Assembly (NCBI RefSeq): GCF_016432865.1 | Contig: NC_067399.1 | Span: 216,628,001-216,692,000 of the forward strand | DNA length: 64,000 bases | Reading direction: 5' to 3' | From: Antechinus flavipes | Taxonomy: Eukaryota | Shown here: piece after piece, positions 34,683-48,664 of the stretch | How the letters are laid out: each line of letters opens with the position of its first letter | Numbering within the stretch: the stretch's first letter is position 1 | The notes under the pieces: model-generated | Told to the model about the DNA's origin: nothing | The model's input: the letters and a program-made list of their open reading frames with translations, nothing else | The model's database searches: none | Made by a program: the position numbers and the translations under genes

Positions 34683-37600
34683 ATTCTATTTATCAGTTCT
34701 TTCTCTGGATGCAGAAAGTATCTTTCTTCATATTTCTTTTATTGTTAACTAGGGTATCTATGACAGCCAAAATAATTTATTCTTTCAGTCATTCTTAAAA
34801 CAATATTGTACAATAATGTTTTCTTGGTTCTGCTCATTTCACTCTTCATTATTTCATGCAAGTCTTTCCATGTTTTCTTTTTCCCTTTCCAAAACCAATG
34901 AGTTCATCATAGCACAGTAGTGTTCCATCACAATTATATACCACAACTTTTTTAGCCATTCTTTGGCTGATGGCAATTTTCATTTTTAGAAAGTTTTAAA
35001 TATAGTCTAAACATATATTTTAAAACTTGTTGACTTTGTCCTTTTTTCTGCTCTCTGGGACCCAAGAGAATAAATCTGACCCATCCACAAGAGAGCACTT
35101 CAAAAATTTGAAGCATGTCATGGGGCATGGACTTTATATTGAAAAAAAAAGTGAATTTTTTCTTGTCCAGACTTCTCATTTTATTGATGAGGTTAATTGA
35201 ATTGGCCAAGATCAGTCAAGCAAGTAGATGGCAGCAGCCAAGTGACATTTAAACCAATGTCCTGTAAATCTAGAGCCAGAGCTCCTTACCTTACCATATG
35301 ATGTTCTCCCTAAGTCATCTCTTTTCCAAACTAAATATTCCTGATTACTTTAATCCCTACTTGAATAAAATGTTCTCCCTAGGCATGGAATCTCCAGTTT
35401 CTCTGTATCATTCTGTATCAATCTTAAAACTACACCTTGGTTACAGTCAAATTCAGAATCAAAATAATTCAATATTTTTGTCAGCCTCCCATTTTTTCTT
35501 CATGTAAGTTTGTGTATGTGTGTATTTTCATAGACTAGTAATCAATTGTTTTTGCACTTTTCCTTGTTCAGGGCATAGTAAGAGATCTAGAAATCATTCA
35601 ATGTGATTAGAGTTCAGTTGGGAAGGCAGAACTGACATTTATGGAACAACTCATGCATAATACAAAATATTAAATACTTATGTGGCATGACAGAGCTATA
35701 GGACAGTCAGGATTTATACAGCCCCCTAGGTGAAGGGTCTTTTGTATTTCGTGCCCCACAGACATTGGTTAATACCACTTCAAAATCACCTACCAGTGCA
35801 GTTTTATCAAAGCCATGCATTATAACTGTCACAGTCTGTCTCCAGTGACATGATTCTAAGCCAATCATCCTAATATTGACTCTAAATCTCAGATTTTGCA
35901 AAGCATGGACATTCTAGGTCTATTGATCCTTGAATGTCGCTTACAATTATCCCCTTTTCTCTTCAAACTGGGTTAACTTTTACCAGTGCCCCATATGGCT
36001 GTCTATTTTTTGGCTTCTTAGAACCACAAGCTAATCTTGATTCATTATGAGGCTTAACAAACTTTCCTAACTGCCTTTCATCTTGACAGCTAATCTCATG
36101 TCCTATTTTTATAAAGAAGTGGCATGTCATATAATAAGACAAGTCCTGGACTTACAGTCAGGAGAGAACTGGATTTGAATGCTGCCTTAAACCAGTTGAA
36201 GGATCTCTGAGCAAATCATATAATTTCTCTGATAGTGTTTCCCTGAATCTACATTTTAATGAGGATATCATTAAAATGAGCATGTTACTGCTTATGATGC
36301 CTTCCTCATTTCTTGTCAGTATCTAACGAGAGAATGCATGCAAAGCATTTTGCAAATGCTAAATTTTATAAAACTGTATCCTATTGTTGTCACTTTTTGT
36401 ATATTCAGTTGTAGGTATATTCAGTTGTTCCAGACCTGTCTCTGGCTTTCATCTTCTCACTAAGGAAGTGATAGCAAAACTATGCAATTATATCTTACAC
36501 TGAACTTTTTAATTCTAGGAGCAATCACACTTGACCAACAAGTAATAAACTAAGTCCTATCAGAATTCAGAGCAAAGAGATGCCAATCAATGTGAATAAA
36601 AAGACTTTTTAGGGGGAGAGGAAAAGAGTTTAAATGATCTTTGGAGGAGGGGTAGAATTTGAATCAGTGAATAGCATTTTAGGAGGGCATGCTGTTCCAG
36701 GGGACCAGTTAAAACAGTCCCAGGAGAAGAAATAAGAAAAAAGAATATGTGAAGCTACAGTAATTGGAGTGAAATGCATGTGTTTAAGGTAGCAAATTTT
36801 AGAGTAGAAAGAATAGGAATTTTTGTGGAGGACCTTGAAACGTAGGACAAGGAGTCTGCTTTTTCTTCTTCTATAAAAAGAGAAATGTCTTTGATTTTTT
36901 GGTCCAAATATGACATTCTGTAATTTAATGGGTCTATTATGACTTTTTGAGATAGGGAATAAAGGGACATTTAGCTCCTTACAACAAGAGTGTTATAAAA
37001 CTTTCCATATTGCTTGGATTTCCACGTGTTGAGAAATCCACTATGAAAAATTCCTCTCCTTCTCTGGTTAACTGAGCATCCACATTAGTCTATGTGCTTT
37101 TATCAAAACTTGCTGAAAGCTCCACATGGGTTCTTGCATTGAGCTGGATCTGAAAGCAAATTTCTTATACCTCTGCATTTAGGGGAGCATAGCCTTCACA
37201 GGATTCTAAGATGCTATTTGTTACTAGTAATTGGCGTCGAACTCATTGATGTATATTTCCTTATTTGATTGGAGTTTTTATTCTTTTCTGTGTAATTATT
37301 TCCGTATCTCAGCTCTGAGGAAGCAGCTATGTCTTTTTGTACGACTGTGGATCATACTCCAAACAGGGGCCTATGTTTTAATTCAATATGCTTTCCTTTT
37401 TAAAGATGAGTAGGACAAATATATATGTTTCTATTAATATACTCAAATATGTGGATATGTTAGTGTATATGTTCCTGAGTGATGATAGAGTAGAACATAG
37501 AGGTGTAAAAAATAGCAACACCCTCTTAAAATACAGGGCAGAAGGGAGAGGAACTTGAAGCAAGAGTTTTCAGTAGCTTCCTCAAAGGTACCAAAAAATG

Positions 37601-37686
37601 TTGTTCCCCCTGAATCACCATCTCACAGTTTCCAAAAAGAAATCAACATAAACAAATTCAAGAAAGCAGTAGGCTGTAGGTCACTG

Positions 37687-37688
<2 letters not shown>

Positions 37689-37767
<79 letters not shown>

Positions 37768-37975
37768 TACTTAGTAAATATTTGCTTCTTTACTTCTTTC
37801 CTTTCTTTCTCCCTCCCTCTTTATCTTTCTTTTCCCCTTCTTTTCTTTCTCCCTCTCTCCTTTATTTCCTCCATCCCTCCCTCTCTTCTTTCTTTTTCCC
37901 CTTTCTTCTCTCCTATCCTTGCTCTCTCTCGTTCTTCTCCCTTCTTTCCTTCATTTTTTTTTTTTAATTTTCCAA
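37689..37975. repeat. (TG)n(TA)n plus CT-rich low-complexity tract
   Basis: Read directly from the sequence. Confidence 0.9.
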
Positions 37976-40570
37976 CTCCTTCCAGGTCAGATACAAATTT
38001 CATTCTCCAAAAACCCTCTGTGTTTAACTAAACAGAAAATAATATCTGTCTCCTGGAATAAATTTTCTTTCTGGGAGTATGCACAAAGATCAGATTTCAC
38101 CAGTTTTGACAGATTAGAAATCTGTCTCAGGTTCAATTGAAATTAAAATAAACTGAAGAGGTACAAATGACAGGGTTGTCTTTGGCCAGGTCTGATTGGG
38201 GTTTGGCCCCTTTTATTGTTAAATCTATTTTCCTGGATGGGTTGTTTGTTTGTTTGTTTGTTTTAATCATAATATTATTCTTGCCTCCATCAGGGGTAGG
38301 AGAATATTGAGTTGTTACCCTGGGATTTTTCAATGTCTCAGCCATCTTTTAGAATGACAAATACTTGTCTTATGACTGAACAAACTTGTCTTCAAAATTG
38401 GTAGGCATTCTCAGATTTGAAAGATTTCTTTCAGATTTGCAGATTCAAGCTATCAGTGATCTTTGGGCTGCTGGGACCCTGAAGGAACCAGTATTACAAA
38501 AAAAAAAAAAAATGATAAGAAGAAAAAGTCAAAGCTAGGGAAACAGCTGTGTTTAAGTTAAATTTGAATCATTCTTGGCATTCAAATCTTTGATTTAAAA
38601 TAGGGGCTACTTCTCATCACAAATGAAGGGGGTAAACATGCATATATCTATTCCCTCCTACCTCTCCCCTTCCTTTATCATGCATTTAGATTTGTATCTC
38701 CAGGTCAGCTCACATAGCCTAATTTTAAGAAGGTAACAGCCAGAAAAGTGTAATTCATAAGTGAACATTCTTATGGTCTAATGTGGGTTTTAGGAAGCTG
38801 AGTTGCTTTTGATATGCAAACTAATCCACAAGAAGCATGAGCATTTTATAAAGGATGCATTATTCATTGGAATACAGTATATTGCATTTTAGAAAGGGGC
38901 TTTGCCAGTGTCAATTTAAAACCACCAGAGTGCTGCTTATGAGGAAGCTGGTTAAAGATATACTTGTAGCTTGAAGGTATTGCTCATTTGAATGAGTTAA
39001 AAGGAGTGAATTTCAGAAGGTACAATAGCCACGTGAAGCAAGAGAGGGTTCTGTTGTTATTTACATATTATTTTTTTAATGCAAATATCATTTCTTCCTT
39101 GTAATAGTGTATTGATTTTTGAGGGAAGAATCACATTGGGGTTTTGGTTTGTTTTCATTTGTTTTATAATCACTCACAATGCCCATAATAGAGCTTAGCA
39201 CATAGTAGGTACTAAACATTTGTTGTTAATGCCAGCATAATATTTAAAACAAAGGAGAGTGAAAAGTTTGCTCTTCTTAATTGCACTCTCCCTTTCATGC
39301 AATAAAATATAAACTCCTTGAGAGCAAGGCCTTTTTTGTTTGTTTTGTTTTGCTTTTCATTTTCTCTTTGTATTCACAATTCCTCACATGTAAAACATGC
39401 TTAAATTATGCTCCAATTGCACTGAATTTTGTGGATAGTTTTCTGTACTAGCCCTGACTTGGTTCTTATAATTGTTCAAATGTAAAGCCCCACTCTGATG
39501 CCAGGATCAGATCAGAAACTAAACCCTTAGTAGTGTATGGTTCAGCTAAAAGAATAGGTGTTCAGTATCTTGGCTGCTTACTAAACTCAGCCTGTCTTAG
39601 AAAAGAGCCCCCTTGCAGAGTGATATCAGAACAATTATATGAGGTGTTATTAGAGACCACCCAAGTCAGTAGAGTTTTTCTTCATTGCATTGTATGTGGG
39701 AAAGGTGGTAGGGATGAGACTTTAGACAGTAATGATTCCACAAGTTATATAGATTGGGAAAACATAAGTAGAAAAAAAAAAAATTAAGAATGAAAAGGGT
39801 CCTCAAGGTGGAGCAAGAAAGCAGAATAAAGGCAGGAACTCCCACAAAACCTTCCAAACTCCTTTAACTATGTTAGAGCATTAGAACACCCAGAAAGACA
39901 GAGTAGAACATTTTCCAGCTAAAGACAATTTAGAAAGTCAGAAGGAAAGATGTGTGATATTGTGGTGGGAGTCCTGAGCACAGCCCCAGCCCAGACTCAG
40001 TCCAAGTCCCAACTTCACAGTAACAAAGCAGGAATGGGTCTAGGACCTCTGATTCAGAAGCAGTACCCGTGGCTTCCCGACCTCTCAGCCCAGGGAACCA
40101 AAGGCAACTTGGAAGGTCAGGAGAAAAAGATCTGTAGCATTAGAGTGGGAGCCCAGTGAATAAGCTCAGTGCAGTCTGCACTAGCACAACCCTGCCCCTA
40201 GGCCCACTTTCAGCCCCATCCCTATGGCAGCAAAAGAGGAACTGGGCTATGGATCTCTGAATCAAAAGCAATACTGGTAGTTTCTGTACCTCTCAGCCCA
40301 AAGATACCAAAGATGACTTGCAAAGTCTGTAGGAAACGTTGTCAGTAGGGTGAGAAGGCCTTGGGAAACCAGAAAACCAAGAGTGGGTGTGCAATTTCTG
40401 GAGGCCTCAACTCACAGGAAGCTTCTTTATTAGCAGAGAGAAAGGTCTCTATTGCTTTAGAGCCCTAGATCTTACATCTCCTTTGGGGTGGGAATACTCC
40501 TCACAGTTCCAGGACAGAAAAGAGTACTTGTAGTCAGGTTCCTAGAAAGATTTCTGAAAATAGCTGCATA

Positions 40571-40698
40571 GGAGGGAGGGGGGAGAAGGGAGGTTGGCAG
40601 ATCAGAACAGAAATGAGTGCAAGGGATAATGTTGTAAAAAATTACCCTGGCATGGGTTCTGTCAATAAAACATTATTAAAAAAAAAAAAAGAAAGAAA
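40571..40698 (+). mobile_element. 128-bp L1 3' tail insertion
   Basis: Same terminal sequence as 23380-23490; perfect 15-bp TSD gaaaatagctgcata at 40556-40570 and 40699-40713. Confidence 0.92.
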
Positions 40699-41334
40699 GA
40701 AAATAGCTGCATAAAACCCCTGAAGCTTGGGATAGTGCACCCTCCACTCTGGAAACAGAGTTCTACTTTAACAAACAGTTAAAAGTCAAGTAATAGTATA
40801 GAAAAATGAATAGACAATAAAAAAAGATGTTGACCATAAAACGTTACAAAGAAGTGCCAAAGAAGATCAAACCTGTACTCAAAAGAAGATAACAAAGTCA
40901 AAGTTCCTACATCTAAAGAAAAATAAGAATTGGGCTCAAGCTATTGAAGAGCTCAAAAGGAATTTTGTCAATTAAGAGAGATAGAGGAAAAATTAAGAAG
41001 AGAATTGAGGGTAGTACAAAAGGAAATACAAAAACTAATGAGGAGAAAAATGCCTTACAAAACAAAATTGGCCAAATGTGATGGGGGTACAAAAGCTCGC
41101 GTAAGAAAATATTCCTTAAAAACTAGAATTGAGAAAATGGAAACTAATGACTTTATGAGAAATCAGGTTTCAACAAAACAAAACCAAAGAATGAAAAAAA
41201 AAAAAAAAAAAAGGAAAAACAACAGACTTGGAACATAGATCCAGGAGAGATAATTTTAAAATTCTTGTCTACCTGAAAGTCATGATTAGGGAAAAAAAAA
41301 AAAAAAAAAAAAAAAAAAGCCCAGGCATCTTCTT

Positions 41335-42165
41335 TCTTTTTTAAATAAAGCTTTTTATTTTAAAACATATGCATAGTTTTCAACATTTGCCCTGGTAAAA
41401 GTTTGTTTTCCTTTTTTTTTTTCTTCCTCCCTCCTCCCCTTAGACAGCAAGTCTAGATTACTTAGACAGCAAGTAATCCAGTTTATATTTAAACATGTGC
41501 AATTCTTCTATACATATTATCACAATTATCATGCTGCACAAGAAAAATCAGTTCAAAAAGGGAAAAAAATGGGAAAGAAAACAAATGCAAGCAAACAACA
41601 ACTCAAAAATAAGTGAAAATATTATGTTGGGATCCACACTCAGTCCCCACAATTCTCCTTCTGGATTTAGATGGCTTTCTTTATAACAGGATGATTGGAA
41701 CTGGCTTGAATCTTCTCATTGTTGAAAAGAGCCTAGTCCATCAGAGTTCATCATTGTATAATCTTGTTACTTCTGTGTACCATGTTCTCTTGGTTCTACT
41801 CATCTTACTTAGCATCAGTTTATGTAAGTCTCTCCCAGCTTTTCTTATATCATCCTACTGATCATTTCTTATAGAATAATAATATTCCATAATTCATATA
41901 CCATAACTTATTCGGACATTCCCTAACTGATGGACACCTATTTATTCAGTTTCCAGTTCTCCTACAAAAAGGTCTGCTACAAATACTTTTGCACATTTGG
42001 ATGGTTTTCCCTTTTTAGGATCACTTTGGCATACAGGCCCCCTAAAGACACTGCTGGATCAAAGGATATGAATAGTTTGGGGTATAGTTCCATATTGCAC
42101 TCCAAAATGTTTGGATCAGTGCCACCAACAATGTATATATTCATCATTGTCTTTTACTGCTGGAC
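41335..42165 (-). mobile_element. 5'-truncated L1 inserted antisense into ORF1 of an older L1
   Basis: T tail, then aaataaagctttttattttaaaacatatgcat, the reverse complement of the 32430-32465 terminus; continues into ORF2. Confidence 0.88.
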
Positions 42166-44274
42166 AATATCTTTCAAGAAAGAAAAGGAAAGCTATCCTT
42201 ATATTATAGAACTAGAAGGTAAAATAAAAATTGAAAGAATCCATTGATCACCTCCTGAAAGAGATACCAAAATGAAAACTCCCAGGAATGTTATAGCCAA
42301 AGTCTGAAATTCCCAGGTCAAGGAGAAACAATTGCAAGCATCCAGAAAGAAACAATTCAAGTATAATGGAGCCACAATAAGTATTTAAATATAAATAATA
42401 GCAATATTCTCAACTGTTTTTGAAATAATTCCTGAAATATAATTTCTTCTCAGAACTCTTCTCTGACTGGAAGATAACTAATATTTTCCTACCAGAATGC
42501 CCTAGGAAAACATGTTGCTCTTATAATTTTTTTCTGCTCAACATCAATCAGATCATATCTTTGGGTTCATCTTCATATATACTACATTATTTTTCTATGA
42601 GTTTAAAATTTTTTCATTTGTGTTGTACATATAGATCCTCAATATTTTGTTGTTCATTTGTTGGCATATCATCTATAAACTTGCTTGTCTATCATGGCCT
42701 TTTCTCTAACAGAAATTAAGAGAACAAATAAGTTATATTCACCTTGCCCCACCACCACCATTGAGAGAGGTGATGGGGATATATGGAACTAGCTCCAGAG
42801 AAATGATAGTTAATATTGAATGTGAATATTTATATCTTAGGGATTAGAAAATGCTACAAAGCAGGGCTTGATTTACAATTGTGTGCATTGTTTAGACTTC
42901 AAAAACTGATGAAGATCTTACTAATGCAGATTAAGTTGTAAGATCTGGTTGTTAAATTTTTTATCACTATACCTCTGGGAATTAGAGACCGATGGATCAG
43001 AAAAGCTAGAATCTAGCAGCAGCACATTAAGTTTTCCTCCTAATAGAGCAAATTGACTATTCAAAATCCAGACCCACTCCTCATACTGGCAAGTGATTTA
43101 GACTTGAACCTGATATCATCCCTAACATGAATTGAACTTCATTTAAACTGAGTTTCATTGCATAATCCTTTCCACGGTTATGCATTTAATTTAGTACCTA
43201 CCCTGAGGGAAGAATGATATAATAATAATGTTCTGTTCAATATAGTACCTTTACTCTGAAGTGTTTTGAAGATTTGATCATGTTATATGATCTACAATCT
43301 ATGAATGTATTGTATGCCAGGAATGTTTCAGTTAAGCCAGATGTGATTTTAGTGCTCCAATTAATTTTTAAAAATCACTAAACCTTAATTATTTGCAGAA
43401 GATGGGATGAAATGTTGGAAGTAATTTGGGATTAGAATTTATATTTTACTATGTAATGGATGCTATTTAAACCAATAGCTTTTATGCGACCACATAAATG
43501 ATGCAGTTAACATTCAAAGTCATAGACTGTGCAAATACTTACCATTCTAAAATGAATATGGACAACGATTTACACTACTGGAATCATGATATTCATGCTG
43601 CACATCATTTGGTCAAGCACTCTATCAATATGGGCAGTTCTCACTCTTACAAAAAAGAAAAGGCATTGTAAATCAAAGTGATTTACATTGAATCTGTTTC
43701 TCCAAGACACAGGCTTGTGTTCCTGATGAAAGGCCAATGGACAATCTTTGTATAGAAATTACTGTGAACATTATCTTTAACCATCAACAAATGAGTTATA
43801 AACCTGAAGACATGAAATAAATGTAAGCTATAATAATAATTATTGCCATTGCTTATACAATAGACACTTTCTTCAGTTTATGTGGATAAATGAACCATGG
43901 AAAATTTCCCAAGGATTCAGAATTTTGTGGTTATATCAGAGTCCTTCCAAAACAGCACAGAATTCCCTTCAGATTTTAGCTTCTTGACTTCATTAGGCAG
44001 TATAGAATACTAGAGACAATCCTGGAGTTGGTATTAGAACGACCCATAGAAAGATACTTCCAGTAAAATAAAAGTTCTGAACTTAGGCAAGTCACTTAAA
44101 TTTGCTGATCTTCAATTGTTAGATAAAGAAATTAATACCTGTTAAAGGTGACTATGAATTGCTATGAATATCAATATATATATATGTGTGTGTGTGTATT
44201 TATATGTATATATGTATTCATACATACTTATAAATATTTACAAAACTTAGACTACTGTATTAATGAGAGATATC

Positions 44275-44835
44275 TTCTTCCTTCCTTCCTTCCTTCTACC
44301 TTTCCTCTATCCCCCCTTCATTCATTTTCTTCTTTCTTCTTCTTCTTTTCTTCTTTAGATTTTGTTCTTACTTTTCCTTCCTTCTTTCCTTTCTTTCTTC
44401 CTTCCTTCTTTCCTTTCTTTCCTTCCTTCCTTCTTTCCTTTCTTTTTTCCTTCCTTCTTTTTCCCTCTCTCCATCCCTCCCTTCATTCATTTTCTCCTTC
44501 TCCCNNNNNNNNNNNNNNNNNNNNNNNNNNNNNNNNNNNNNNNNNNNNNNNNNNNNNNNNNNNNNNNNNNNNNNNNNNNNNNNNNNNNNNNNNNNNNNNN
44601 NNNNNNNNNNNNNNNNNNNNNNNNNNNNNNNNNNNNNNNNNNNNNNNNNNNNNNNNNNNNNNNNNNNNNNNNNNNNNNNNNNNNNNNNNNNNNNNNNNNN
44701 NNNNNNNNNNNNNNNNNNNNNNNNNNNNNNNNNNNNNNNNNNNNNNNNNNNNNNNNNNNNNNNNNNNNNNNNNNNNTTCTTCCTTTCTTTCATTCATTTA
44801 TTCTTTCCTTCCTTCCTTCCTTCTTTTCTTTCTCA
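44275..44835. repeat. CT-rich (CTTC/CTTT)n low-complexity tract spanning a gap
   Basis: Read directly; Ns at 44505-44776 (272). Confidence 0.9.
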
Positions 44836-46539
44836 GAATTGGATCTCACAAAAAAAAAATCAAAACAGACAATTTTGCAAATTGAAATGTTTTCTAAGAA
44901 AATGGTTTTCAGGGGAAGAGTTACAGTGGTATAAAAGTTCTTGGATTTGGAATCAAATGACCTGAATTTGATTTGAGGCACTGCCACTTATCATTTGTAA
45001 CATCATAGGCAAGATGTTTAAGCTCTTTGCAACTATTTTCTCACCTTCAATATGAGTTAGTTGAATAGACTTCTGTAGATCTTTTGAATCTTAATATATG
45101 ATCATAATAAATCATTTCTGTTTCCTATCTCAAACACATTTATTCTTAATAAGGTAATGTATGTTTACAATAGGATTTATTACTCAGATTCATATTTTCT
45201 TTGGTGGAATATTTTATTCAAGTTATTTAAAGAGTAGATAAAACTACTCATTCTGCACATGTTTGACCAGGTCCCCCTCAAAAAAAAAAAAAGACTTAAA
45301 AGCATTAATATAATCATGTTCAAACAGCATTTAAAACTCTAAATATCCTTAGATTGATCCATCTTTTTCCCAATAATTGTTGATTATTTATAGCCTAATT
45401 ATCTAGCTTGTAAATTCTCTAGATTCTTAGAATCATACAATTTAAAAATTGAAAAAGATCTTTAGAATCACTTGTAACCATATCCTTTTACTGACTACAA
45501 ATGATAATAGCTGGTATTTATATAATATTTTAAAGTTTGCAAAGCACTTTTTAAATACTCTCATTTTATCCTCACAACAATCTTGGGATTTAGGTGCTAT
45601 TATTATCCCCATTTTACAGATCAGGAAATTAAAGTATACAGAAGTTGAATAACTAGCTTTTAATCATACAACTAGTAAGTATCTGAAGTCATATTTCAAC
45701 TTTGATCTTGCTAATTTCAGAACCTATTCTCTGTCCACTGCACTATCCAGCTTCAATCATATAATGAGTGAAACTAAACTGATGAGAATTTAAAAGCATT
45801 TCAGATGTTTAATTAATCACATGTTCGGGATTAGAACCTGTGTTTCATGTACTCAGTTTCTTCCAAGTAAAACTAGAAGGTTTTACTAGATGATGATTAA
45901 ATTATCTTTCAACATTAAATTTCTGATTGGAAATTATCTTCACTGTGAGCCCTTTTTTTTTTTTTTTTTCTTTCCTCACCTAGCTAGGAAGCTCTTGGCA
46001 GCCAAGAAGGACTAGTTACACTAATTTGTATCTGCCACTGCATAACCTAACACAGGAAAAACCTACATATTGGTGACAGAGAAAATTTTCCAAAGTTATC
46101 AATTTGTGACTGCAGAGGATAGTGATTCAAGCAGTAGGGTTTATTTTTGTTATACAAAAATAAGCTATATGTTTTTTATTCCTCATAATTATATACATGT
46201 CCTATATGCTGGAAGAAGTCAGATTCATTAGTTAGGTCATAGTATCTAGAAGGAGGAGGCATTTGGCTGGGCATCCATAAATGGGGCATTTTCTTCTAGT
46301 GCTTCAGTTCTGTGCTGTCTTCATAATTAATAACAATTTATTAAACACCTACTATGAGCTAAGTGTTTTGTTAGGCAAAATTGTCCCAGACAGCTTTTTC
46401 AACTTGAAGCCTGAAATTAATATAGCAAAGAAGGCAACATCACTCTGACACCTTCCAACTCATTTTGATTAGTAGGACCCATTGCTATTTAAATTTTGCA
46501 GATTTCCAGCATTTTTAACCTATAAAGGCAAAGGCTGAT

Positions 46540-46660
46540 ATACTCATTAGATTAAATGCTTTTCTGAGGGCTGAGACTGTCTTTTGCTTCTTTTTGTATC
46601 CCAGTGCTTAGCACAATGTCTGGAACTTAATAAATATTGATTGATTGATTGATTGATTGA
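46540..46660 (+). mobile_element. L2 3' end
   Basis: gagggctgagactgtcttttgc...tgtatcccagtgcttagcacaatgtctgg...taataaatattgattgattgattg. Confidence 0.75.
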
Positions 46661-47873
46661 CTGGAGTAACACTCCTCCCCCATCCCTCTCCCCCCCACAC
46701 ACACACACAATTTGTTTTTAATTGACTTAAAGGTACATTTTAAAAAACTTATCTTGGACAATCAAATTACCAGTTATTGCTTTGCCCCAAACCAGCATTG
46801 GTGCAGTGTCTTCTCAGTGTCTATAACTTTGATCCGGTTTCCTGAACTATCATTTAGAGCTTCTCTTTCCTTTCCACCAAAATAGTATAGTGATCATCAG
46901 CATCAACCTCACTTTGTCATAAGCTTAAATATTTGTATTTCTAAGAACATAGTAACTAGAAGTTTCCCCAAGGTGGTTGGCCAGTCACTATGCCCAAGCA
47001 TCTGTTTCTCAAGGTATCCGCCTGCGAGAGATTGGTTAACCAAGCTTCTTATTCCAGAAAATGGCATTGCCTGCTTTACTATTCCATATGGAAGAAAATG
47101 TATTCTTCTTGTATACAGATTTCCCTTCATTTTCTCTGTTGTGGCTTAAGTTATAAACCTGGCTTCTTCTACCATTCCTTCTACTAGCATATTGACGTAT
47201 GAATCTACCCCTTCCTTTTGATTCACATTGTTACTGTCCTATTTCAGATACTTAGCACCTAGATCACTTGAGTATTCTGCACTTAAAGTAATTCTAGTCA
47301 TCCAGATTCACAGACTTTGAATCATACTGACACAAATTCAGGGAACAGACATTGTGAACAACTTCCAAACAGTTATAGTTGTTGAAAAGTGGAATAGATT
47401 GATTCAAAAAGTGGTAGATTTCTCTTGTTTTAAAACTTTCAAACAGAGGCTGCATAATGACTTGTTAACTATATAAAGGTGAGTTGGACCATGTGTAAAT
47501 GAACTTAATGACTACTGAGGGTCTCTTCCTCTTTTATTTTTGTTTTGTTGTTCTTCCTTCTCTCTCAGTCCTCTATTTCCAAAAGATTACCCAAGTGTTG
47601 ATTTTATCTTCATAGATTTCTGTCTGTTTTTTCTGTACTTACTGGGCCATTATCTGAATATGGACCCTTATCATTTATCATCTGAGCTATTGAATTAAGC
47701 ATCTTAATTAGTCTCCCTGATTCAAGACTCTTCCTAATCCTTCCTCTGTACAAGTAACAATAATGATGATAATAATGGTAACTATGTATCCTGTATTGTG
47801 CTAAGTATCACATCATTTTATCCTCACAACAACCCTGGATGGAAGATTAGTGCTTGTATTATCCCCATTGTAC

Positions 47874-48028
47874 NNNNNNNNNNNNNNNNNNNNNNNNNNN
47901 NNNNNNNNNNNNNNNNNNNNNNNNNNNNNNNNNNNNNNNNNNNNNNNNNNNNNNNNNNNNNNNNNNNNNNNNNNNNNNNNNNNNNNNNNNNNNNNNNNNN
48001 NNNNNNNNNNNNNNNNNNNNNNNNNNNN
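47874..48028. other. Assembly gap (N run)
   Basis: 155 Ns. Confidence 1.
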
Positions 48029-48664
48029 TATTTTTCTGTCTCTGTCTGTCTTTCTGTATCCCTTTTATCCCAAGTACCCAGATTCCAATGTCTTACATCT
48101 AATTGGTGCTTAATAAATGTATATGGAATGAAAATGAATTGAGCCTGGAGTCTGATTAGATTATAAGGTGAAAGTTTTAAAATTACTAATCAAAGTAAAT
48201 TAAATACAAGAATATTGTTTCTTTGGATCAAACACTGTGCCAAGTTTTACATACATATGTATATATATATATCCTAGTTCACCCTCACAATTCTGCAAGG
48301 TAGGAGCTCCCCATAGTATAGCTAAAGAAAACAAGGCAGGCAGAACTAAAGTGACATGGCCAACATTATACAGCTTGCAAAGGCTTGAGGTTGAATTTGA
48401 ACTCAGGTCTTCTTGACTGCAGGCTCAATGATTCATCCACTTTACCACTTAAGTACCTATGACCAAAGAACATAGAATTACAGAAATATCAGGAAGCATA
48501 GAACATAAAGCTGTAGGGATTTGATTCAGTGATTATCAAATATCAAATCTGGAATAATCTTAAAATGTAAAATGTTACAACTTGATGGGATTGGGTTTCA
48601 AGGCTAGACTTTTTGCTGTACTTTATAGAAGAGACAGCTATGTGGTAAAGAAGTAATATGGCTT

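Larger units (their letters stand above)
33590..35010 (-). mobile_element. Older L1 3' region, interrupted by (TG)n and a solo LTR
   Basis: Reverse-complement 3' UTR motifs on both sides of 34148-34682 (ttttcttggttctgctcatttcactcttcatt; ccatcacaattatataccacaac). Confidence 0.7.
39800..42378 (+). mobile_element. L1 5' UTR plus decayed ORF1, 3'-truncated, hosting two younger L1 insertions
   Basis: ORF1 remnants: ORF 41005 (coiled-coil-like) and the end of ORF 41930 (ELEGKIKIERIH). ORF1 resumes at about 42165 after the inverted insert. Confidence 0.85.

Noticed and set aside
37555-38031. 158-aa ORF
   Set aside because: Mostly (TG)n, (TA)n and CT-rich repeat, and the unique N-terminal part is not recognisable.
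41005-42247. ORFs 41005 and 41930 as host genes
   Set aside because: They are frameshifted L1 ORF1 remnants, partly read through an antisense L1 insert.
43543-43803. Minus-strand exon with donor ATG|gtaagt
   Set aside because: Stops in all three frames within the part nearest the donor, and no supporting partner exons.
44148-44987. Longest ORFs in the track (245, 190 and 141 aa)
   Set aside because: Produced by CT-rich low-complexity sequence and a 272-N gap.
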